From NCBI GenBank assembly GCA_963799005.1, contig CAWCVK010000001.1, forward strand, positions 2,012,066-2,076,065: a stretch of DNA of 64,000 bases. Direction: 5' to 3'. This document shows positions 1 through 8,388 of the stretch, in pieces. The position numbers were made by a program, and so were the translations under genes. The notes beneath the pieces were generated by a model that worked only from the letters and a program-made list of their open reading frames with translations, did no database searches and was not told where the DNA came from. The stretch comes from Candidatus Dormiibacterota bacterium (GTDB lineage: Bacteria > Chloroflexota > Dormibacteria > Aeolococcales > Aeolococcaceae). Positions within the stretch are counted from its first letter, which is position 1. Each line of letters begins with the position of its first letter.

Positions 1-584
1 TCGACTGGGAACGGAAGGGCGGCGACATCGCGTACGAAACGGTTCAGGCCCTTCGCACGGGGGGCGTTGACGCAGAGCTGACGATCGTTGGGTGCGTTCC
101 GCCAAAGGGTGTGGATCCCAGCTTCGTCCGAGTGGTGGGCACTCTCAGCAAGGACATCCGCAGTGAGCGGGAGCAGCTGTCGCGGTTGTATCTCGAATCT
201 GACTTCCTGGTCCTGCCCACCAGAGCCGAATGCTTTGGAATGGTCTTCTGCGAAGCGAGTGCCCATGGAACGCCGTCGATCACCGCGGATACCGGTGGGG
301 TGGCGGGGGCGGTCACGGATGGGGAGAACGGCATTCTTCTGCCCGCTGCCGCGGATGGGCGCGCCTACGCTGCGGTGATCGCCGAGCTTGTCGGCGACCG
401 ATCTCGTTACGACGCTCTGGTGCGGTCGACCCGCGACGCCTACGAGGCGAGGCTCAACTGGGACTCCTGGGGACGCCGGCTCGCACCGCTCATCTCGGCC
501 GTGATCGCCGGGCGATCGCCGGTGGCGCCGGAGCTCGCGCCTCTCGGGGCGCAGGCTGGAGTGGAGGGAGCGTTCAACCCGTGA
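1..584 (+). CDS. Glycosyltransferase family 1 (GT-B fold), C-terminal half only; the 5' end is outside the window
   Basis: Frame 3 is open from the window edge (DWERKGGDIAYETVQAL..TIVGCVPP..ESDFLVLPTRAECFGMVFCEASAHGTPSITADTGGVAGAV). This is the typical GT1/GT4 donor-binding half. The TGA at 582-584 overlaps the GTG of the next gene (GTGA). Confidence 0.85.
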   Translation, partial: DWERKGGDIAYETVQALRTGGVDAELTIVGCVPPKGVDPSFVRVVGTLSKDIRSEREQLSRLYLESDFLVLPTRAECFGMVFCEASAHGTPSITADTGGVAGAVTDGENGILLPAAADGRAYAAVIAELVGDRSRYDALVRSTRDAYEARLNWDSWGRRLAPLISAVIAGRSPVAPELAPLGAQAGVEGAFNP

Positions 585-1735
585 CCGAAGGTGGGGCAAC
601 CCTGATCGGCCCGATGCGCATCGGACTCGTTGAGTTCTACGGCGTCGGGGGTACTGCCGATTACACCGACTGCCTGGCTCAGGCGCTAGCCGCTCGTGGT
701 CATCGCGTTGCCCTGGTGACGTCGTGCCTGTTCGAGCCTCTCGAGCTCATTCCGAGCTTCCAGGTGATGCCGGTGTACCGATATCGAACCTCTGAGTCAA
801 AGCCTCGAAAGGCTATCGAGCTTGCCCTGTCGTTGCGAGCGGCGGACAGGGCCCTGCAATCGTTCCGGCCTGATGTTGTCCATGCTCAGGGTACCGTCAT
901 GCCGATGTCGGAGCGTCGATTCTACCGGCGCCTGTCACCAGCAGCGCGCGTGTGCACCGTCCACGACGTCCAAGGTCACGAGTGGCGGCCGTGGCTTGGC
1001 TCATATACCCGGCACTACCGTGCGTTCGACACCTTGGTGTGCCATTCGCACGCCTCACGACAACAACTCCGCAAGCTGTTGCCACACGCATCGGTGACGA
1101 TCATTCCGCATGGCAGGTACGCTCCGCTGGCAACGACACTCCCCTCATCCGATGCCGCGCGTGCGGCCCTCGGTCTACCGAACGATGCTCACGTTGTCCT
1201 GCTCTTCGGCTTTCTGCGACGGTACAAGGGCCTGGAGCTGTTTCTCGATGCTTTGCGGATCGCCACCGTCGATGGGTCAAAGGTCGTCGGCCTCATCGCC
1301 GGGAGACCTCTCTACGACATCACCCCTGCACGCCGCTCGTCGGAGCGTGACGGTCTGCCGATCCGATGGGATCTGCGCTTCATTCCTCGCTCTGAGCTCG
1401 GCACGTATTTCGCAGCGGCCGATGTGGTGGCACTCCCATACCGGGACACGAGTGACAGCGGAATGATCGAGCTCGCCGCCGCATTTGGAAGGCCGGTGGT
1501 GACGACAATGGTCGGCGGGTTGGGCGAAGCCTTCGGGCGGTACGGGATCGGGGATGTGGTACCCCCAGACGACGCGCCAGCGCTGGCAAGGGCGATGACG
1601 CGCCACTACACCGCCGGCGCGGAGTCAGACACCACGAGCATATCCTGGGACCAGGTCGCAGCCCGCACCGAGGCGCTCTATCGCAGCCTCATCGCAGTCA
1701 AGCCCCTACAGGCGCGGCCAAACGGAGGCGCGTGA
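581..1735 (+). CDS. Glycosyltransferase family 1
   Basis: This is the 3' part of track ORF 230..1735. The homologous region begins at MRIGLVEFYGVGGTADYTDCLAQALAARGHRV and includes ..ALPYRDTSDSGMIELAAAFGRPVVTT.. I took the start as GTG 581 (GTGA overlap with the upstream stop); ATG 614 is equally possible. The upstream ~115 codons of the track ORF are Arg/Gly-rich read-through, not gene. Confidence 0.8.
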   Translation: MTEGGATLIGPMRIGLVEFYGVGGTADYTDCLAQALAARGHRVALVTSCLFEPLELIPSFQVMPVYRYRTSESKPRKAIELALSLRAADRALQSFRPDVVHAQGTVMPMSERRFYRRLSPAARVCTVHDVQGHEWRPWLGSYTRHYRAFDTLVCHSHASRQQLRKLLPHASVTIIPHGRYAPLATTLPSSDAARAALGLPNDAHVVLLFGFLRRYKGLELFLDALRIATVDGSKVVGLIAGRPLYDITPARRSSERDGLPIRWDLRFIPRSELGTYFAAADVVALPYRDTSDSGMIELAAAFGRPVVTTMVGGLGEAFGRYGIGDVVPPDDAPALARAMTRHYTAGAESDTTSISWDQVAARTEALYRSLIAVKPLQARPNGGA

Positions 1736-2943
1736 CCGGCCGGCGCCTGCGGATCCTCTACGTCGCGCCATACGAGCCATCGGACCTGGCCGTCCGATCC
1801 CGGCTGCTCATCGGCGCGATCGCCGAGCGCCACGACGTGCACGTCATCACACTCCAGCGACCCAGCAATGCACCCGCCTCGCTGATCGGGAGCGTGCAGT
1901 ATTCAGTGGCCTCCACCGGGCTGGATAAGCTGCTTGCTCTTCGTCACGTAGCCCAGCCCTCCTATCCACTTCAGACGATGGCAGCCGCGTCGCGTGCGAT
2001 GCGCAGGGCTGTTGCTGCCGCGATGCGTGGCGGAGGGTTCGACCTGGTGCACGTGGAACACCTGCGCGCTCTGCCATATCTTCCCGATCAACGCAACGTG
2101 CCGGTGCTCTTCGATGCTGTCGATTGCGTCTCCGAACTCTTCCGGCTCGCAGCTCGCGACCGTAAGCCCCCGGCCCGCTGGCTCTACCGCGCCGAGGCGG
2201 CGAGGCTCAGACGCTACGAAACCAAGGCGTTGACCGCGGTCGATCGAGTCATCGTCAGCTCGTGCCGCGACGCAGCTGCGCTCCGGGAACGGTGCCCGCG
2301 GGCGCGGATCGCGGTGGTGACCAATCCCGTGGACCGCTCGCGCTTCACCCCTGGCGGAGATACGCGCGCCAGGCTGGTGGTCATGACCGGAAAGATGAGC
2401 TTCCACGCGAACAGTACAGCGGCGCGGTGGCTCTGCGAACGCGTCTGGCCGTTGGTTCGAGCCGAGCATCCCGACGCCAGTCTCTTGCTGGCAGGAGCTC
2501 AGCCGCCGCGATCAGTCCGCAGGCTCGCGCGCCAGGACGTCCAGGTCGGCGACTACATCCCCGACCTCGCGGCAGTGATCAGGAGCGCTTCCGTCGCAGT
2601 GGCTCCGCTGCGCTACGCCGTCGGCGTCCAGAACAAGGTGCTCGAGGCGCTGGCGTGCGCGACCCCGGTCGTGGCCACGCCGGCGGCGATCGGAGATCTC
2701 GGCGTGCGCAACGGACGCGAGGTCATCGTTGGGGCCACCGCGGAGGATTTGGCGCGGGGCGCGAGCTTCCTCCTCGGCCATCCAAGCGTCGCCCGGCAGA
2801 TGGGTGAAGCCGGCTTGCAGTATGTCGTCACCCACCATTCCATCGAAGCGACGGCCGACCTGCTGGAATCGGAATACCTCGACATGTTGGGTCGCCCGCC
2901 CGCTCGTCGCGCTGAGCTGAAGTATGTCGCAGTCAGCACTTGA
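1732..2943 (+). CDS. Glycosyltransferase family 1/4
   Basis: 403-aa ORF with a GTGA overlap to the upstream gene. The N-terminus LRILYVAPYEPSDLAVRSRLLIGAI and the C-terminal half ..VAPLRYAVGVQNKVLEALACATPVVATPAA.. are typical GT4. Confidence 0.85.
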   Translation: MTGRRLRILYVAPYEPSDLAVRSRLLIGAIAERHDVHVITLQRPSNAPASLIGSVQYSVASTGLDKLLALRHVAQPSYPLQTMAAASRAMRRAVAAAMRGGGFDLVHVEHLRALPYLPDQRNVPVLFDAVDCVSELFRLAARDRKPPARWLYRAEAARLRRYETKALTAVDRVIVSSCRDAAALRERCPRARIAVVTNPVDRSRFTPGGDTRARLVVMTGKMSFHANSTAARWLCERVWPLVRAEHPDASLLLAGAQPPRSVRRLARQDVQVGDYIPDLAAVIRSASVAVAPLRYAVGVQNKVLEALACATPVVATPAAIGDLGVRNGREVIVGATAEDLARGASFLLGHPSVARQMGEAGLQYVVTHHSIEATADLLESEYLDMLGRPPARRAELKYVAVST

Positions 2944-4090
2944 TGTCGCCGCCTTCAGCGAGGCGCGGCGCGCACCTGTCGTTGTTGGTACGGTCGACGA
3001 CGAGGCTGGCTTCGCCGCGCTGCGAGCCGACTGGAACGCGCTGGTCGATGAGATGAATCCGCCGTCACCCTTCAATTCATGGGAGTGGGCGCGCTCCTGG
3101 TGGATGCATCTACGGCCCGAACGCCGCGGACCGTCGCGGTGCGTGCTCAGGATCGTCACCTTTCGCGAGGGAGACCGGCTGGTCGGACTCGCGCCCTTCT
3201 ACACGCGCCCTCTGGGCCACCGGCTGCTCGGCGCGACCGTCTTTCTTCCTCTGGGCTGGGAGCCCGGCAAAGGCTGGAGCGTGACGGAGCAACTCGAGTT
3301 TCTCTTCCCCGAGCATCGGCGCGAGCGGCTTATCGCGGCTCTGAGCGACTGGCTCGCCACGACGCAGTTCACGGTGGCCGCCCTGCCCGGGTTACGCGAC
3401 ACCGACACCCTGTCGCCGTGGATTCGCGAGCATACCGTGGCGAGGGGGTCACAGACGGAGTACCTCTACCGGAGGCTCGGCGCAACGTGGGACGAATTCA
3501 TGGGGAGTCTCAACAAGAGCCTGCGCGACAACGTCAAGTACTACCCGAATCTGCTGCGGCGATCCGGTCACACGATCGCATTCACTTCAGCAGGCAGCCC
3601 GCACGAGGTTGACGAGTATCTGCCGATTCTCTTTCAGCTGCACCGAGCGCGAGCCCTCGCGCCGATGCGGGTGCGTCATCAGGATTACTTCGCACAACCA
3701 CAGCGACGCGCGTTCTTTCGAAGCGTGTGTCCCGCGCTGGCGGCGCTCGGCCGGCTCAGGATCGGCGTGCTCTGGCTTGACGGTATGCCGGTCGCGGCAC
3801 AGATGTGGCTCGAGAACCTGGACACCATGTTCCTGTACTACTCCGGCTACGAGCCGGCGTGGGGCCGTTTCTCGGTGGGCCTTATTGCCACTCTGGAGAG
3901 CGTGCGGAGCTCGATGGTCGAGCGCGGTGTGCGCCGTATCGAGTTCCTTGCGGGCGGAGGTCAGTTCAAGGAGCGCTGGGATCCCGAACGCCGGTTCCGC
4001 TACAACCTGACCATCGCCGCTCACCCTGCCGTTTTCCGGTCAGTTCTCGCGCTGTCATCGATCCGTGGGTTCATGCGGCGGTTTACCTGA
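2924..4090 (+). CDS. CelD/BioF2-like GNAT-fold acyltransferase (FemAB-like, Acetyltransf_6 type)
   Basis: 388-aa ORF. The N-terminal motif ..WNALVDEMNPPSPFNSWEWARSWWMHL.. and the C-terminal ..LYYSGYEPAWGRFSVGLIATLESVR.. match the cellulose-biosynthesis CelD-like acetyltransferase family. It overlaps the upstream GT by 20 nt. Confidence 0.75.
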   Translation: MSQSALDVAAFSEARRAPVVVGTVDDEAGFAALRADWNALVDEMNPPSPFNSWEWARSWWMHLRPERRGPSRCVLRIVTFREGDRLVGLAPFYTRPLGHRLLGATVFLPLGWEPGKGWSVTEQLEFLFPEHRRERLIAALSDWLATTQFTVAALPGLRDTDTLSPWIREHTVARGSQTEYLYRRLGATWDEFMGSLNKSLRDNVKYYPNLLRRSGHTIAFTSAGSPHEVDEYLPILFQLHRARALAPMRVRHQDYFAQPQRRAFFRSVCPALAALGRLRIGVLWLDGMPVAAQMWLENLDTMFLYYSGYEPAWGRFSVGLIATLESVRSSMVERGVRRIEFLAGGGQFKERWDPERRFRYNLTIAAHPAVFRSVLALSSIRGFMRRFT

Positions 4091-4137
4091 CCGTCGTGGC
4101 GTCGCCGGCAGCGCACGCTGCCACAGGAGGAGGATTC

Positions 4138-5721
4138 ATGCCGAAACCACATCTGCCTTCGATCATCGACCTCGATCGCCGTCGGCGGGCCGCCGGGGGC
4201 GCCGCCGCTGGGGTGGCGGCCCTTCTCGCGCTTTCCGTGCTCTGGGCCGGGAGCGCGGGCGCGACCGTATCCGGCCAGGACTGGTCGCAGTATCTCCACG
4301 ATGGCGCGCACAGCGGGTTCACGAGTGAGACGGTCGTCAACCCATCGAACGCGGCCAGCCTCAACGTCGAAAGCGGCTGGCCGGTCTCGTTCGACAACGG
4401 AGCGGTCTGCCCGAGCTCCAACGACTACTGTTCGAGCACCGTAGCGGCGCAGCCAACGGTGGCCACGGTCGGCGGAAACCGGATCGTATTCGTGGGCACG
4501 TGGAATGGGTCCGAGTATGCGCTCTGCGCGTCTTCGTGCACGGTGGGCGGCAACCCGTACGCGAGCGGTCAGGTGATCTGGAGCACCTACGTCGGCCGTA
4601 CCAGCGGCTGCGGTGGCCCCACCAACAGCCGGATCGCCGGCGTGACCGATGCTGCGGCGGTCGGCACTGCCACGATCGCCGGCACCGTGCACACGGTCGT
4701 CTACGTCGGGGCCGGCGGTGACATTGCCCTGAATGGCACCGTCATACCGAGCGCCACATCCCAGCTGTTCGCGCTCGACGCGCTTACCGGGACTGTTCTC
4801 TGGCATGCGTCGCTCGGCTCGGCCCCGAATCACTACTTGTGGAGTTCGCCGGTGCTCGCCAACGGCAGTCTCTACATCGGTATCGCCTCGGACGACGACT
4901 GCCCGCTCATCCGCGGTGGTGTCGTACAGCTCAATCCCAACAGCGGGAAGGTGGTGAATCGTTTCTACACGGTTCCCACGGGCTGCATCGGAGCCAGCGT
5001 GTGGGGATCGCCGACCGTCGACGCCGCCGGGGATGTATACATCGCCACCGGTAACGGCGGATCCTGCTCCCAATCCGAGCCGTACGGGGTCGCCGTCCTC
5101 AAGTTGACCGCGACCCTGGGGCTGCTGAGCTACTGGCAGGTGCCGGCCGTACAGCGACTGTCCGATGGTGATTTCGGCAACACTCCGACCCTTTTCGCCG
5201 GGACGGTGAGCCCGACCGGTGCGCTGCGCTCGCTTGTCGGCGTGGCCAACAAAAACGGCCTCTACTACGTGTTTGACACAGCGAATCTCGGCGCCGGTCC
5301 AGTGAAGCAAATCCGAGTTGCGGCCGGTGGCAATGACCCCGAGCAGGGCGGAGGCAGCATCTCGCCGAGCTCGTGGGATGGGACCCGAATCTACGTCGCC
5401 GGTGGCAACACCACGATCGCGGGCACGACGTACAAGGGGAGTCTCCGGGCATTCAATCCCAACAAGCTCGGCGCAGGGCCAGTCTGGGCGATTGGCTTCA
5501 ACGGCGGGCCCGTTCTCGGCGCCGTCGCAACCGACCCAGGGCTGGCGGCGGTCGGCGCCGGCGCCTTTTGCATGGTCGTCAACTCGGCCAATGGAAGTGT
5601 GCTCTTCACGGCTGTGGCGAGCGGTTTCTACGGTGCGCCGTCGATCGCCTACGGAGTCATCTACGAGGGTGACACCTCGCAGGTTGGGGAATTGCACGCC
5701 TTCAGCGTGAATGGACAGTAG
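4138..5721 (+). CDS. Secreted Cys-rich beta-propeller protein (PQQ-like/BamB-like repeat family), paralog A
   Basis: ATG 4138 is preceded by GGAGGAGG. A signal/anchor (..AAGVAALLALSVLWAGSAGA) is followed by DWSQYLHDGAHSGFTSE and repeated blade-like segments (..GSLYIGIAS.., ..GDVYIATGNGG.., ..NGLYYVFD.., ..GTRIYVAGG.., ..GVIYEGD..). The part of track ORF 3805..5721 upstream of 4138 overlaps the previous gene and is not coding. Confidence 0.8.
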   Translation: MPKPHLPSIIDLDRRRRAAGGAAAGVAALLALSVLWAGSAGATVSGQDWSQYLHDGAHSGFTSETVVNPSNAASLNVESGWPVSFDNGAVCPSSNDYCSSTVAAQPTVATVGGNRIVFVGTWNGSEYALCASSCTVGGNPYASGQVIWSTYVGRTSGCGGPTNSRIAGVTDAAAVGTATIAGTVHTVVYVGAGGDIALNGTVIPSATSQLFALDALTGTVLWHASLGSAPNHYLWSSPVLANGSLYIGIASDDDCPLIRGGVVQLNPNSGKVVNRFYTVPTGCIGASVWGSPTVDAAGDVYIATGNGGSCSQSEPYGVAVLKLTATLGLLSYWQVPAVQRLSDGDFGNTPTLFAGTVSPTGALRSLVGVANKNGLYYVFDTANLGAGPVKQIRVAAGGNDPEQGGGSISPSSWDGTRIYVAGGNTTIAGTTYKGSLRAFNPNKLGAGPVWAIGFNGGPVLGAVATDPGLAAVGAGAFCMVVNSANGSVLFTAVASGFYGAPSIAYGVIYEGDTSQVGELHAFSVNGQ

Positions 5722-5770
5722 GTCGTTGTTTCCGCATTCGCAGGAATCGAGGGGAGGCTATCGAGTGACC

Positions 5771-6831
5771 ATGCGAGTTCTCGTCACCGGACACAGGGGC
5801 TACATCGGATCCGTGCTGACCCGCGAGCTCGTGGCCGCCGGGCACAGCCTATCGGGTCTTGATGCGGGCTATTTCGACGACTGCACGCTCGGGCCACCGG
5901 ACGGCTTGATGGCCGGCGGGATGAGCTCTCGCAAAGACATCAGAGACGTGACGCGTTTCGAACTTACCGGCCTCGACGCCGTCATCCACCTCGCGGCCCT
6001 CTGCAACGACCCCATCGGTGATCTCAACCCCGAGCTGACGTACGACATCAACCACCGCGCCACAGTGCGACTTGCGCGGCTCGCGAAGGAGGCCGGCGTC
6101 CCGCGTTTCATCTTTTCGTCGTCGTGCAGCGTGTATGGCGACGCCGGTGTCGACGACGAACTCAGGGAGACGGCCGCGACGCGACCGCTTACTCCCTATG
6201 CGGTATCGAAGGCGCGCGCGGAGGAGGATATCGCCGCCATTGCCGACGATTCGTTCAGTCCTGTGTTCCTGCGCAACGGCAGCGTCTACGGACTCTCGCC
6301 GCGGCTGCGCGCCGACATTGTGCTCAACAACCTGGTGTGCTGGGCCGTAACGACCGGCCGGGTGACGATGCTCACCGACGGCAGCCCCTGGCGCCCACTC
6401 GTGCATGTGGAGGACGTCGCCGCGGTGATCTCACTCGTGCTCACGGCGCCGAGGGAGATCATCCACAACCAGGTGTTCAATGTCGGTGTTCCCGGAGAAA
6501 ATTACCGGGTCCGGGACCTGGCCGAGATCGTATGCGATGCGGTTCCCGGAAGCGAGATCGTCCTGGTCCCCCACGCCGGGGGCGACACTCGAGACTACCG
6601 AGTGAGCTTCGACGAAGCTCACGACCACATTTCCCATGTTCACGCCGCGCTGGACCGTGCCGGGTGGTGCACTGCAGGTGCGCGACGGCGTCGTCGCAGG
6701 CCGGTGTGACGCTCGACGACTTCCAGGGCCCTCGTTTCACGCGACTGGCCAGGCTCACACAGCTCATGGCTGAGCGTGGACTCGACGCCTCGCTGCGAAT
6801 GCGCGAAGCAGCGCTTCCGGTGCCGCCCTAG
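5771..6831 (+). pseudogene. NAD-dependent epimerase/dehydratase (extended SDR); frame broken twice near the 3' end (indel errors or pseudogene)
   Basis: MRVLVTGHRGYIGSVL (GxxGxxG) and ..YAVSKARAEE.. (YxxxK) lie in frame 2. A homology-like continuation FPMFTPRWTVPGGALQVRDGVVAG is in frame 3 from ~6630, and GVTLDDFQGPRFTRLARLTQLMAERGLD.. is in frame 1 from ~6702. The frame-1 stop TAG 6829-6831 abuts the GTG 6832 of the next gene. Confidence 0.75.
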
Positions 6832-7803
6832 GTGTTGACGTCCGAGAACCGCCCCACCGAGGTCGTCTACATCGCGGCCGCACCTCGCAGCGGGACGACG
6901 ATCATCTCGTCCCTGCTCGGCGAGGTGCCCGGCATCTTCAATGCCGGAGAGATTCGCTTCCTCTGGAAGCAGGTCGCGCGAGCAGGCACCTGTGGTTGCG
7001 GAGCGCACCTTGACGAGTGTGAGGTCTGGTCCCGGGCTCTCCGCGCATCCGACGGCCATACCGCCAATGGTGTCGTCGGCAACCTCGAAAAAGGCGGCGC
7101 GGCCCACTCGCTCATCCGCACACTGCCGATCGGGCTGATCCAGCACCGCCTGCTGCGCCGGCTTCCCGAGCAAATACGGGTGCATCTCGAACGGACGCTG
7201 CCGGTCTATCGCGCCGTGGCCAACGCGCGAGGGTCGGAGCTGGTCGTCAACTCGTCCAAATCTCCATCGTATGGATATCTTCTGTCGAGGTCGCCCGAGC
7301 TGACGCTCCACCTCCTGCATGTCGTGCGCGATCCGAGGGCGGTGGTGTTCTCGTGGCTCCGCGAGCGAGGAAGCGCAGCACCGCGCGGGCTCCGCCTTCG
7401 GGCTATCGCATATCACTCTTTGAAATGGACGGCCTGGAACCTCTGGATCGAGGTGCTCGTCAGGCCCAGGTCGGCCACGTACGTACGGGTGGCATACGAA
7501 GACTTCGCGCGAGCCCCCTATGCGCAACTCTCGCGGATTGTGGTCTCGCACGGCCTCAGTGCCGACCGCATGCCGATCGCAGGTCCGGACGCCCACGTCG
7601 CGAAGCTGAACCCAAACCACACGGTGGACGGCAATGGATATCGATTCCGGGTGGGGCTTGTTCCCATTCAGCCGGACGACGAATGGAATCAGCTGATGCG
7701 TTGGCATGAGCGCCTTGTCGTCGAGCTGCTCACTTTGCCGCTGCTCGGTCGATACGGATTTGGACGGCGGGGCAAGCGGGGAGAAGCGTGCCAGACCGCC
7801 TAG
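6832..7803 (+). CDS. Sulfotransferase family protein (PAPS-dependent type)
   Basis: 323-aa ORF. It carries a 5'-PSB-like loop AAAPRSGTTIISS, then ..VVNSSKSPSYGY.. and ..HVVRDPRAVVFSW.., as in bacterial Sulfotransfer_1/3 proteins. Confidence 0.75.
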   Translation: MLTSENRPTEVVYIAAAPRSGTTIISSLLGEVPGIFNAGEIRFLWKQVARAGTCGCGAHLDECEVWSRALRASDGHTANGVVGNLEKGGAAHSLIRTLPIGLIQHRLLRRLPEQIRVHLERTLPVYRAVANARGSELVVNSSKSPSYGYLLSRSPELTLHLLHVVRDPRAVVFSWLRERGSAAPRGLRLRAIAYHSLKWTAWNLWIEVLVRPRSATYVRVAYEDFARAPYAQLSRIVVSHGLSADRMPIAGPDAHVAKLNPNHTVDGNGYRFRVGLVPIQPDDEWNQLMRWHERLVVELLTLPLLGRYGFGRRGKRGEACQTA

Positions 7804-8388
7804 GCGTGCTTCTCGATCGCGACGGCGTCATCAACCGCCGTCTCGACGCCGGTGTCAGGTGCGTGGCCGATTTCGACTTCGTACCACGCGCCCTTGAAGC
7901 GCTCGCATTCCTCAACCGCATCGGTGCGATCACGGTCGTGGTGACGAATCAGGCCAATATCGGGCGGCAGCTCCTGACGCTGGAACAACTCAACCGCATC
8001 CATGCCGAGATGCTTGAGCGCATCCGCGCATCCGGTGGCCGTGTCGACGCCATCTACTTCTGTCCCCACACCCCCGCGGACGGCTGTTCCTGCCGGAAGC
8101 CCGCGCCGGGAATGTTGCTTCGCGCTGCGGCGGAATTGAATTTTCCGCTCGAGCTCGGCATTCATGGTGGGAGACCAGGAGTGTGACGTCGAAGCCGCAC
8201 GCCGCGCGGGCTGTCATCCAATCCTCATCGGAGAAGGCGCTCCGGCGGCCATGCCCCGGCCGGTAGCCGCGCCGGTCGCAGCGGATCTGCTCGCGGCGGT
8301 GGAGACCATCGTTACCCATGCGTCTGATCATGTTGGGCGTCGCCCCAGGGTCGCGGCGGGTATGGAAGGAGTTCTAGGGACATGGTGA
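7788..8388 (+). pseudogene. gmhB: HAD-IIIA phosphatase, GmhB-like (D,D-heptose 1,7-bisphosphate phosphatase family); one frame break
   Basis: DRDGVIN (the DxDxT-type nucleophile motif), ..VVVTNQANIGR.. and ..FCPHTPADGCSCRKPAPGML.. lie in frame 3. The final HAD motif MVGDQECDVEAARRAGC continues in frame 1 (track ORF 8164..8388). The break is near 8154. Confidence 0.7.

Noticed and set aside
230-613. N-terminal extensions of track ORFs: 230..613, 3805..4137, 11514..11726, 17534..17983, 48582..49001 and 62149..62361.
   Set aside because: These segments overlap the preceding gene or consist of Arg/Gly/Pro-rich sequence without homology. In each case a downstream start with an SD-like sequence or a start-stop overlap, and a sensible N-terminus (signal peptide or conserved motif), is available.
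4021-5697. Long antisense or off-frame ORFs in the track: 4021..5697(-), 6640..7707(-), 16829..17719(+), 22073..23134(-), 44590..46617(+), 51118..52194(-), 59868..61493(-), 62161..63762(-) and many shorter ones.
   Set aside because: Each lies opposite or out of frame to a gene with clear family-level homology. Their translations are Arg/Pro/Gly/Ala-rich low-complexity sequence, typical of shadow ORFs in very GC-rich DNA where stop codons are rare. I saw no motifs or RBS support.
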